Below, one piece after another: positions 52,753 through 62,800 of a stretch of DNA of 64,000 nt. A model generated the notes under the pieces. It ran no database searches. It saw only the letters and a program-made list of their open reading frames with translations, and was not told where the DNA came from. The position numbers were made by a program, and so were the translations under genes. Within the stretch, counting starts at the first letter, position 1, and every line of letters begins with the position of its first letter. Origin of the DNA: a virus. The stretch spans positions 17,358 through 81,357 of the IMG/VR virus record IMGVR_UViG_3300027815_000080; one strand, 5' to 3'.

Positions 52753-53769
52753 ATGCCCTACTACCTCGTGCCCTATGTCGGCACCGGACGCTCGGTCGTC
52801 GATCCGTTCCGGCCCGCGGGGATCGAAGGGGCAACCGGCTCCATCGACCTGCGCCCCGACGGCTCGGTCGCGGACGGCTTCGCCCTCGTCTCCCGCGAGG
52901 CTCGCGAGGACCACCCCGCTCGTGAATACCTGGGGGACAGCCTCGACGAGCCGACCGCTGGGGTCCAGAGACGCCTGGGGAACAAGCTCGGCCGGACCCT
53001 AGACGCCACCTCAGTGCGCGGCATGATCGCGGAACTGTTGATGGTCCACGGCGACGCCGCGGGGCGGACCCGCTGGAAGCCGCTCCGGCCAGCCGGCCCG
53101 CGTTACGAGATTTACCTGGGCGGGCTGATCTTCCAGCAGGCGGTTCTGGCCGGCGGCGCGTCCTACGCGGAGTCCTTCGACAAGGCCGACGCGGCCACCC
53201 TCGGCCCGGATCTAGCCTGGACGGAAGTCACGGGGACGAGCTGGGGGGTCACCAATAATCAAGCGGCGATCCAAGCGCTGGCCAATGACTCCCATGCCCG
53301 GGCCGAACACGAGACGAACACGCCCGACCAGTTCGGCGAGATCACGGTCTCCGCCATGTCAGAACTCGCCGGGGTCACCGCGCTTGGCGTGTTGCTCCGC
53401 TTCGCGTCGGCCTCCGATACCGCGTACCAATGGCAAGTCACGAAGCAAAGCAACGGGGTGGTGAACGAGCATGCGTGGGCGAAGTGGGTCGCGGGCACGG
53501 AAACGTATCCGCTGGGGACGATCAGCGCAGAGGATTTGGCGGTGGGCGAGGTACTCCGGGGCGAAGTCAATGGAAGCACGTTGACGGGCTACAAGAACGG
53601 CGTCAATCTCAAGCAGATCACGGACACGTCGATCACGGGAAACCTTCGCGCGGGGTTGCGCGGCATTGTCACGGTCTCGGGCGCCGCGCAAGGCGACGCC
53701 TTCTCCTTCGGGGATTTGAGTGAGGGTCCCCCAGTCGGCGGGCTGCTGCTGCTGGGTGTTGGACGCTGA
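52753..53769 (+). CDS. Putative receptor-binding protein with lectin-like (ConA/LamG-type) C-half ending LLLLGVGR
   Basis: ESFDKAD...W.EV.G.W...; GDxLRGEVNGSTLTGYKNG...TD.SI.G..RAG. Confidence 0.6.
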   Translation: MPYYLVPYVGTGRSVVDPFRPAGIEGATGSIDLRPDGSVADGFALVSREAREDHPAREYLGDSLDEPTAGVQRRLGNKLGRTLDATSVRGMIAELLMVHGDAAGRTRWKPLRPAGPRYEIYLGGLIFQQAVLAGGASYAESFDKADAATLGPDLAWTEVTGTSWGVTNNQAAIQALANDSHARAEHETNTPDQFGEITVSAMSELAGVTALGVLLRFASASDTAYQWQVTKQSNGVVNEHAWAKWVAGTETYPLGTISAEDLAVGEVLRGEVNGSTLTGYKNGVNLKQITDTSITGNLRAGLRGIVTVSGAAQGDAFSFGDLSEGPPVGGLLLLGVGR

Positions 53770-53793
53770 TTACCACGAGAAAGGAGTGACTCC

Positions 53794-55998
53794 ATGACCG
53801 ATCTCACCCTCGGCGCGAAACGCTACGATGGCGGCACCGGATCGGCCGTCTTCACGGGGATCATCCCGCTCAAGCCCGGCCAGCTCGTCGAGGCCGACCT
53901 GGCCACGGTCTCGCTCTGGGACGGCGCGCAGGAGATCGGCTGCACGGCCTCCGCCCTCTGGCCGCAGCACCCCGCCGACGGCTCCATGAAGGTGGTGCAG
54001 GTCGCGGCCACGCTGACCCTCGACGCGGGCGTCCAGAAAGACCTGACCCTGCGGCTCGGGCCGGCGCGCACGATCCCGGGCCCCATGCAGCCGACGATCG
54101 ACGGGGCCTGGATGAAGACCCCGCGCCTGATCGGCTCCACGGATGCTGCGCATCTGTGCGCGAGTCGGGTCGCGCCGCTACCCCTCGTGCCGATCCCGCA
54201 CCCGAACCTGCCGGCGGAATGGAATAACTTTCTCACCGCCGAATGGGACGACGCGAACGCGAACTTCCCGTCGTGGGGACGGGTCCGCGACGCCGTGGTG
54301 AACGAGACCGGCGGGTTTGGCGGCACCGCCAACTATGATGCGTTGCACGCCGTCTACTGCAAGTACCTCACGAGCGGCGAGCTGGATCGTCTCTGGTATG
54401 CCCATCGGCTCTCCCAGCAAGCCTTCCCCCTGACGATCGAGTCGGCGACCTACGGGGCTCCATCGGCGTCCGCCCCGGGGTATCAGACTCAGCAGGGCGC
54501 GGTCGTCTTTTACGGCGAGAACTATGAGGGACACGCGGCGGGCGAGTTGTTTCCGACCCTGCACGAGCCGTGGACCAACCTCCCCTTCCAGCCGATCGCC
54601 ACGACCGAATGGAACTCGGGCATCTACCTCGACCTCTTCACCTGCTACTGCCTGTCCGGATGGGAGCAGGCGCGCGGGACCTTCCTCCAGTACGCCTTGC
54701 GGGCCTATGGGGCGGCGACGGGGTTCCCGGGGCCCGCGGTGGCCCGAGCCAACTATGCCGGACGCTTCGACTACCGGCTCCTGCGGGGCCTGGATCACCT
54801 GTACGCGCTCCTGACGCCGCCGATGGCGCTCTACTTCCACTACGCCTACGGGCGGATGCGGACGGTGCCGTCCCCGCGGACCAATCGGGCGGCGCATGTC
54901 CAGTGGCTCTCGGCGAACCATGGCGACAGCTACGCGGGCAGCACGTACAGTCGCGCCTATCCGACGAACCACTGGTGCTACGACTTGTGGTGGGGGTGGC
55001 CAGGCGGATTCGGCGTGGTCAACGACCCCAACATCGAAGGCTGCCATCTCTTCCAGCTTGGGTGCCAGCTCTTCAACGTCGCCACGATTTATCAGCACTT
55101 CAGTCAGGACGCCCGCATTCGGACCTACATCACGCGCACCGCTGCCGCGCTCCGGGATCTGACGACCGGCCCATTTACGATGACGGTGAATGGCACCCGT
55201 CAGGCGTATCGGCTGCCGTACTCCGAAATTTCAAGCAATCGCTCCGATACAGGGGCCACGAAACTCCCGGCTGGTGCGCACGATCCGTGGAGCATCGGCA
55301 CGCTGCGCCTGTTCTACGTGCTTGCCCATCAGTTGACTGGCGACACGTGGTACCGCGATGTTGCGGATCTGCACGCGACGAAGACCGCGTTCTGCCTCTC
55401 CGACGGGGGACGCGCGGGGTCAGCCGGGTTCAAGGAACTCGGGGAATGCTGGAACCAGGCATTCCACGCGGCGGCCTATCGGGCAGGCGTGCCCCTCGGC
55501 GCTTGGGAGATCGACGGAGTCGTAGAACCGCCTCCACCTCCTCCTCCACCTCCCCCACCGCCCCCGCCGCCAACGAGCTTGTCGGCGGTCTATCTGGGGC
55601 AACCTGCCACGCCGCCTAGCGGAGTGCCCGTGTGCAACGGGCCAGTGATCCAACTCGACATCTCGGGGTTTCCCGCTGGGGTGCTGGGATGGCACATCCG
55701 CGACGTGCGGGCCTATCCGACCTTCGGGCTTCCCGCGGGGGGCGCAAACTGGTACACACCGGAGCAGAATCGTCCAGACTGTAAGATCCTCCCCGTCGCT
55801 GGGGACACGACTTCGCTGTACTTCCAGCACCCATTCTTCTCGCTAGCCCCCGAAGACCCCACGGCCTTCACGGTCGAAGCACTCGGCGCGGGCGGCTCGG
55901 TCCTGGCAACCGGGCAGACCACGGCGCCCACCATTACCGACACGGAACCGCCAGCCGCCCCGACGGGATTTAGTGTCGTGAGCGCGGTGTTCACCTAA
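53794..55998 (+). CDS. Large glycan-active-like protein (YetA/PcRGLX-like N-terminus, helical barrel, poly-Pro linker, FN3-like tail)
   Basis: GIIPLKPGQL...LWDG..EI......W....DGSMKVV; Trp/Tyr-rich core; PPPPPPPPPPPPPP; AAAGGAG SD. Confidence 0.55.
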   Translation: MTDLTLGAKRYDGGTGSAVFTGIIPLKPGQLVEADLATVSLWDGAQEIGCTASALWPQHPADGSMKVVQVAATLTLDAGVQKDLTLRLGPARTIPGPMQPTIDGAWMKTPRLIGSTDAAHLCASRVAPLPLVPIPHPNLPAEWNNFLTAEWDDANANFPSWGRVRDAVVNETGGFGGTANYDALHAVYCKYLTSGELDRLWYAHRLSQQAFPLTIESATYGAPSASAPGYQTQQGAVVFYGENYEGHAAGELFPTLHEPWTNLPFQPIATTEWNSGIYLDLFTCYCLSGWEQARGTFLQYALRAYGAATGFPGPAVARANYAGRFDYRLLRGLDHLYALLTPPMALYFHYAYGRMRTVPSPRTNRAAHVQWLSANHGDSYAGSTYSRAYPTNHWCYDLWWGWPGGFGVVNDPNIEGCHLFQLGCQLFNVATIYQHFSQDARIRTYITRTAAALRDLTTGPFTMTVNGTRQAYRLPYSEISSNRSDTGATKLPAGAHDPWSIGTLRLFYVLAHQLTGDTWYRDVADLHATKTAFCLSDGGRAGSAGFKELGECWNQAFHAAAYRAGVPLGAWEIDGVVEPPPPPPPPPPPPPPPTSLSAVYLGQPATPPSGVPVCNGPVIQLDISGFPAGVLGWHIRDVRAYPTFGLPAGGANWYTPEQNRPDCKILPVAGDTTSLYFQHPFFSLAPEDPTAFTVEALGAGGSVLATGQTTAPTITDTEPPAAPTGFSVVSAVFT

Positions 55999-56025
55999 AC
56001 CCCAACACCAACAGGAGGACAGACC

Positions 56026-56328
56026 ATGCCCTGGAATGTGCAAGCTGCCGTCAACCGCAGCCCCGTGCTCGATGCGGTCGGCTACAAGTGGTTCATGGAC
56101 GGGATCGAGAAGGGCGACACACCGCAGACCCCAATCGGGACCGAGCCGAGCTTCACGTTCTCGTTTCCGGAGGCCGACCGGACCCCGCTGCTGGAGGTCG
56201 CCGTCTACGACGACGCAACGCCCACGCCGAATCTGAGTCCACGGGTCGGCCTCGCGCAGAACTTCGATGCCGCAGCGCCAGCTGCGCCCGAGAACTTCCG
56301 CTTCGTGTCCGCGGTCTTCGTTGCCTAA
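56026..56328 (+). CDS. Stand-alone FN3/Ig-like small protein
   Basis: VGYKWFMDG...LEVAVYD...N.S...D...PAAPENF; AGGAGG SD. Confidence 0.6.
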   Translation: MPWNVQAAVNRSPVLDAVGYKWFMDGIEKGDTPQTPIGTEPSFTFSFPEADRTPLLEVAVYDDATPTPNLSPRVGLAQNFDAAAPAAPENFRFVSAVFVA

Positions 56329-56347
56329 CGGACTCACTCGCATCCTG

Positions 56348-56599
56348 ATGGGTTGCGTACTCGTGGCGACCTTCGAGCAGCCGATCGGGCACTCGATGGA
56401 GGGGTTCGTGCTGAAGCATGTGGTCTACTGGTGCCAGCCTCAGTACGGGACCCCCAACCTCAAGATCGAGCGCCAGGTGGTCAACGGCCGGACCGGGCAG
56501 GCGATGGGCAGCAGCGACTGGAACTTCTACGAGGTCCCGATCAAGCACGCCGCCACGGAGTCGCCAGCCCCAGCCGACCATCAGAACGTGGCGCCATGA
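56348..56599 (+). CDS. Hypothetical protein
   Basis: Protein-like 83 aa; stop overlaps next ATG. Confidence 0.55.
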   Translation: MGCVLVATFEQPIGHSMEGFVLKHVVYWCQPQYGTPNLKIERQVVNGRTGQAMGSSDWNFYEVPIKHAATESPAPADHQNVAP

Positions 56600-56820
56600 A
56601 GGTCCGCACCATCGGGCAGGCCGACATCGTCTCCATCGAGCGCGTCCTGACCATCGCGCTCGACGAAGACGAGTGCCTCCCCACGGGCGAGCTCGAGGAG
56701 GGGACATATGCGCTGGACAGCGCGGGCCGGGTCTGGCGGCTCTGCGAGACCGTGAGCGGCCTGGTGGAGCACTTCACCGAGTCGGACGGCGTCAAACGGC
56801 GCCGCGCCAAGCGGACATGA
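56596..56820 (+). CDS. Hypothetical protein
   Basis: ATGA overlaps at both ends. Confidence 0.6.
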   Translation: MKVRTIGQADIVSIERVLTIALDEDECLPTGELEEGTYALDSAGRVWRLCETVSGLVEHFTESDGVKRRRAKRT

Positions 56821-59800
56821 GCGTTCTCGACGAGATCGCCGACGAGGTCTTCCCTGCGGAGAAACCGACCGCATTCTCCGCACCCGCTGCGGAGAAACAG
56901 CCGGCCGCGACCGTCTCCGTCCTCGACGAGGTAGCCGACGAGGTCTTCGAGGGCAAGCCCCCGAAAGAGCCGGAGCCTGGGATCCTGTCCCGCGCTGCCT
57001 CAGCTGTGACCTCCGCTGTCAGAGAAGGGGTCTCGGCGACTCCGTTCGGGCGGGCTCTCGGGTTCAAGCCGACGGGCCCCGCGGTGGCCGCAGGCGCGGC
57101 CGCGCCGCCGAAGGACGTGGCGCTCCCGCAGGGGCCAACTCCGGAGGCGCTCAAGGCGACCGGTCGCTCAGCCTCGGTCATCCCGGAGCCGGTGGCGCCG
57201 CCGCCGCCCGTCCCGGTGAAGCTCGGCCCGGTGCCAGGCCTCGAGGCCGTGACCGCCGAAGCTCAGAAGGCCCCACTGCTCGAGCGCGTGTCGGGAGCCG
57301 CACCCGGAAGCCCGCTCCCGGTGCCGGAGCGCCCAGCGCCAGGCGGGATGCTCGGGCGAGCCGCCGCAACGGCCGGAGTCGTGGATCCGGAGACGGTGAG
57401 GCGCCGGGCCGCCGAGGCCGAGTTCGCAGCCTCCTCGGTCATGGCCAAGCCGGAAGGGGTCGATCCAGGCTGGTGGCAGGTGCAGCAAGACATCAAGCAA
57501 GCCCGGCGCGTCGTCAGCGCCATGCCGGACCAGTTCGCCAACCGGGTCCTCTTCGGGATCCCCAACGCGATCAAGGACACCTTCGGATTCGATAGCCCCC
57601 AGGCGCGGGCCCCGCAGTCCACCGCCGAGGCGATCACGGGCGGCACGGGTGACCTAGCCGGGTTCATCGTCGGCCCGGCCAAGGTGGCCCACGCGATGCT
57701 GGCCACCAACATCACCAAGGCCCTCGCACCGCAGGCCGGGAACGCGCTCGGGACCATCATGGCGAAGAGCATCGCCAACGAGGCGGCGACACTGGCCGTG
57801 GCCAGCGGCCTCGCGCACGCGGGCGACGTGACCCAGGCCGACAGCATGAAGGAGGCCTTCCATCAGCTGGGCGAGCACGTGAAGGGGGGGGCCATCCTCG
57901 GCGCGACCTTCGGGGGGCTCGGGAACGTCATCCCCGCCAACACTCTGATGCAGCGGGCCGCCCGCCTCGGCGTCGGCCTCGGGGTCCTCGACGTGGTCCA
58001 GGGCACGTCGATCACCGACGACCGGGCGCTCGCCCAGAAGGTGTACGACTACGGCCTGAACGTCTACTTCCTCTGGAAGGGCAAGGACCCGCGGGCGATC
58101 AAGGCATCGATCGAGACGGCGGCCGCGGCCCGGAGCAAGCCCGGGGCCGAGGTGACCCCGGAGCAGGTACTCAAGTCGGTCCTCGACAAGGCGACCGAGC
58201 GGGCCGCGAAGCTGAAGGACGAGCCCGCCGCGCCCGGGGCACCGGCACCGGACCGGAGCGCGGAGCTCTCAGCCATCCTCGCGGAGGAGCTTGCCGCCGC
58301 TACGGCCCCGCTGAAGAGCGCCGCCGAGGTGGCCGTCGAGAAGACTGGGGGCCAGATCATCTCGGCCCCGGCTGGCGCGGCCGCGGCGGCGCCGGAGATC
58401 GTCCTCGCCGGCGGGCCGCGCCCCGCCGCCCGCCCAGCCGCCCCGCCTCGGCCGACACAAAACGTCGGCATCCCCGGACAAGTGCCGACAATTGGTGCCG
58501 GCCCCGTCCGGATCCTGGGGCCCTCCGGGCGCCCGGTGGACGCCATCCCGGCCCCGGTCGAAGGCCTGAAATCGGCCCAGGATCTTGCCGCGGAGCGGGC
58601 GAAGGGGATCAGCCGTCCGGCCCGCCCCGCGTCCCAGGCGCCCCCCGCCGCGGTCCCGGAGGTGCCGTCTGGCGCCACGCCCGCGGTCGCCGCAGCGTCA
58701 GCCGACCGCCCGGTGCCGAGCCTGTCCTTCAAGGACTACGTCGAGGTCTCGGGCAAGAAGTGGCCGCTCACCTCGAGGGAACCGGACTACGCCCGCCTCC
58801 GCTTCGAGTTCGACGACATGAAGAAGGGCCTGTACGAGGCCCGGCCCGTGGGGGACGGCCGGTGGGCGGTCATCAACCGGAAGACCGGAGAAGAGGTGGA
58901 CCACCTCCCGAGCGGGGCCAAGGCCCAGCTGGAGAGCAACCGCCTGAATGTCGTCGTCACGCTCGACGCCTGGCGGAACGCCCAGGTCCCGCAGGCCCCG
59001 GTCCGGATGGTCCTCCCGGAGCGTAAGGCCGACCTCTCGGCCAAGCCCGCGCCGGAGCCGACGGTGGAACCCGGATCCGCGGCCGCCCAGCAGAAGGAGA
59101 CGGAAGCCGCACTCACCGGTCCGAAGCCCAGCGCCGAGCCGCCAGCCCCGGCCAAGGCTCCAGCCCCGCCGGCCGCGAGCGTGCTGATCGGCAAGACCCA
59201 AGAGATCCGGGTGCCGGCCGGGAGCAAGTACCAGATCCGGTACGAGGTGGTCGAGGCCGACTCAATGATCCCGTCCCACGACCCGCGGACCTTCGCCAAG
59301 GACCCCCGCTACCCGGAGGGGGTGCAGAACCGGCCCTACCACTCCGACAAGAGCGAGCAGGCGAAGGTCATCCGGCAGGGGCAGGACTTCGAGCCGCTCT
59401 TCCTGGTGAGCCCGCAGCCGAGCTCTGGCGGTACGCCGATCATCGCCCCCGACTCCAACGTGGTCCTCTCGGGCAACAGCCGGACGATGTCGCTGCTCCG
59501 GACCCGCGGGACCGAGGCCTACGACCGCTACAAAGCAGCGCTGGCCGAGATGGCCCCCGCGCTCGGCCTGAAGGCGGAGGACCTCGCCAAGGTCCAGAAC
59601 CCGGTGCTGGTCCGCCGCTTGGTCGGGACGGACACCACGCCGGAGTTCTACCGACGCTTCGCCGAGGAGACGAACCAGGGCTTCAAGAAACCACCGAAGC
59701 CAGATGAAGAATATCTGGCGGGGGGACAGCGGGTCGCGGAAGAGGAAGCGCCTTACGGGGCGAGCGGCTCGCCGGAGGGCGAGAAGCCGCGCGCAGCGAG

Positions 59801-62800
59801 TGCGTCGGACGACAGGATCGATCCAGAGCCCCAGTCATCCCAGGAACCCTTGACCCAGGCCGAGGTCTTGGGGTCCCAGCGCCGGACCGACGCGCCCCCG
59901 TCAGGGGTTTCGACGACCCGCGACAGAGTTCCTTCAGAGAGAGTGATCGAGGAGAAGACCGCAGGGAGTGCCATAGCTGCCACCTCCACCCCAAGTGTAA
60001 AGCAGCCCGTGCGGACGGTCAATGAGCTTCTCAAGATCGCGGTCGAGCATCAGCCGGGGGTGACCGGGAGCCTCAAGGACGCGATCCGCGACATTCCCGG
60101 CGCGGAGTTCCTGAGCGCCCGCATCAAGGCCCTGGATTCCATCGAGGCGAAGACGGTACGGAAGGATGCCGACGCCGACGCCCTCCACGACTATCTCGGT
60201 GCTCGCATCACGGTGGCCACGCCAGAGGCGCTCGGGCGAGTCGTTGACGCCATCGAGCGCCGATTCCGCACCGTCGAGAAGGACGACAAGCGCGAGGCCC
60301 CGACAGCATGGGGCTATCGCGCCATGCACCTCGACATGAAGACGCCGGACGGCTTCATCTTTGAAGTGCAGGTGCTCCCGAAGGAAGTCGCGGTGTACCA
60401 GGACCTCAAGCCGAATGGCGGCCACGTGCTCTACAAACGATGGCAGGGCCGAGACGATCTCACGGTCGCGCAGCGTGACCAGTTCGCCGCCGACATGGCC
60501 GAGAGCAACGCCCGATACCAGGCGGCCTATGATGCCTGGCGGGGGCAAGGGCGCGTGGCCGAGAAGCCGGCCGAGTACACGCCCGAGAAGGCGCCAGAGC
60601 CGGAGCTCCCAGACTACGACCTTCCGCCGGTGAGCATGGCCGAAGTGGCCGATGCGGGCGGCGGCCGCGGGGTCGCTCGCGCTGCGGGCGGCCTGCTCAT
60701 GCGGATGGTCGGCGGGGTCGCCGAACCCAAGGCCGGCTACGGTAGTGTCCAGATCCGGGCCGCGTCCTACCGTGACAAGCCAGGATTCACCATCTCAGGC
60801 ACCGACACGCAGGGCCGGTCAGTGAAGGTATTCTCGGAGCACCGCCACGTCGCCGAGCACATCCGCGGCAAGATTCTCCGTGGCGAGGAAACCATGGCCC
60901 GGGACTTCGACCCGGAGGGACCCGCTCGCAGCGGCAGAGTGGCCGAGCCCAAAGCCCTCACCGAAGGTCAGCCACTCTTCAGCCCGGAGTCGCCCTACGC
61001 GGCGAGCCAGGCCAAGGCCCGGAAGGGCGCGACGACGGCCGACCGGGAGACCGCGCAACTGGCGCTCTTCGACCTCGATCAAGCGGCGAAGCAGCCGGTC
61101 GAGTCGATCGTGGAGAAGAAACACGCGGAAAGGGCCACCAAGCGTCCCCTTCGGGGCGAGAACGCGGGGGCCGGGGTCCGGACCGTGTCGCGGACGATCG
61201 ACGAGTTCAAGGACAAGGGCTTCATCGACTTCCGCGGGCAGACCGTGCGCGAGGGGCCGGAGGGCCTGCGCGACCTCGCCGTCATCGGCCAGATCGCCCG
61301 GGACCCGCGCTACGAGACCTTCCGGTACTTCTACACCAAGGGCGACACGATCGTCGGGAGCGAGGCGTTCTCGAGCCGCCTGCCCGGGGCGACCAACATC
61401 CACGAGGGGGTGCAGAGGCAGCCAGCGGGCGGGTTTGGGATGGCCGAGGTTGACCTCGAGATCGCCCGCCGCCGGACCGACCAAGCCAAGAGCTTCGCTG
61501 GCATGCGTCGCCGGATGGAGCGCCTCGGGGCCGACGGGTACTATGTCATGCACAATCACCCGAGCGGGCGGGCCGAGCCGTCCCGTGAGGACCTCAATAC
61601 CACCGAATATCTCGCCAGCAAGGTCCCGGGGTTCAAGGGGCACGTGGTCATCGACTCGGGAGAGTACGCGAGGATCGTACTCTCGGACCGTGGCCATGCC
61701 GTTGCCACCGTGGAGCGCCTCGACGCCCAGCGCCTCGACGCCCCGAAGGCCGAAGATCCGCTGCTCCGGCGCGTCGGGACCCAGAAGATCCTGAGCGCCG
61801 AGGATCTCGCCCAGATCGGCCGGAACCTGAAGACCCCCGAGAACTACGTGAGCCTCGTGCACGGGGACGCGAGCGGCGCCGTGCGGGCCGTCCAGGAGAT
61901 GCCGGTCAACCTGTTCATGCGGGAGACGGAAGCCCAGAACTTCATCCGGGGGCAGCAGCGCGCGTTCGGGGCGAGCTCGACCTTCGCGGTGTTCAAGCCG
62001 ACCGGCATGACGCTCGACCAGGCCCGCCAGTACATCCGGCAGGGGGTCCTCACGGATGCCATTGCCCCCGGGGCCCCAGCTGCCGAGAGCGCCCTGAACG
62101 TCCTCCAGGGCCGCGGGGAGATGCCGATCTCCGGGACCCCGCGCGAACCCGAGCGGGACCTCCGGACGGTCCGGGTGCAGGAAGAGAGGGAGCCCTACGG
62201 CGACTTCGAGCGCCTGAAGCCGGAGACCAGGCAGAAACTGGTGGACTTCGGCCGCGATGTCCTCAAGGACAACAAGACCGACTTCGCGTCCTGGTCGAAG
62301 GCGATGCGGGAGAAGCTCGGTGAGAAGTCCGCGGGCACCCTCCCGGGCGCGTGGTCCGCGCTCATGCAGGAGCAGGCCCGCACCCAAGCGAAGCCCACCG
62401 CGAGACCGACGGAGGGGAAAGGCGGCAAGCCGCCGGAACCACCGCAAGACATCCCGCGCTCGGCCCCGCCGATCGAGCCCGCGCCAGGCCTCTCAGAGCC
62501 GCAACTCAAGCTCGGCCTGCACAAGGACCTGCTCGACGCCGCGGAGAGCCTCTTCAGGACTGGCAAGATCGAGCGCGACCCGACCCAGCTCCTCTCCGAC
62601 CAGATCCTCGACGCGATCCGCGACGAGAAGATCCGGGTTGAGGATCTCGTGGGGGAGTTTGACCGGCGCAACGTGAACGTGGGCGACTTCTTCCGGTCCT
62701 CCGTCAGCAACGCAGCCCGGCGCATGGGGGCCCTGGGCCTCTTGCAGCAGCGCATCAACCGCCTTGAGGCGGAGCTGGCCGGCGCGGGGGCGCCGCCGAA

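Noticed and set aside
55527-55571. Poly-proline tract as a DNA repeat element
   Set aside because: Mixed codons (cct/cca/ccc/ccg) show a protein linker, not a DNA-level repeat
59934-60548. 204-aa minus-strand ORF over the RelA domain
   Set aside because: No SD or promoter and shadow-like composition, unlike the 59753-59974 unit
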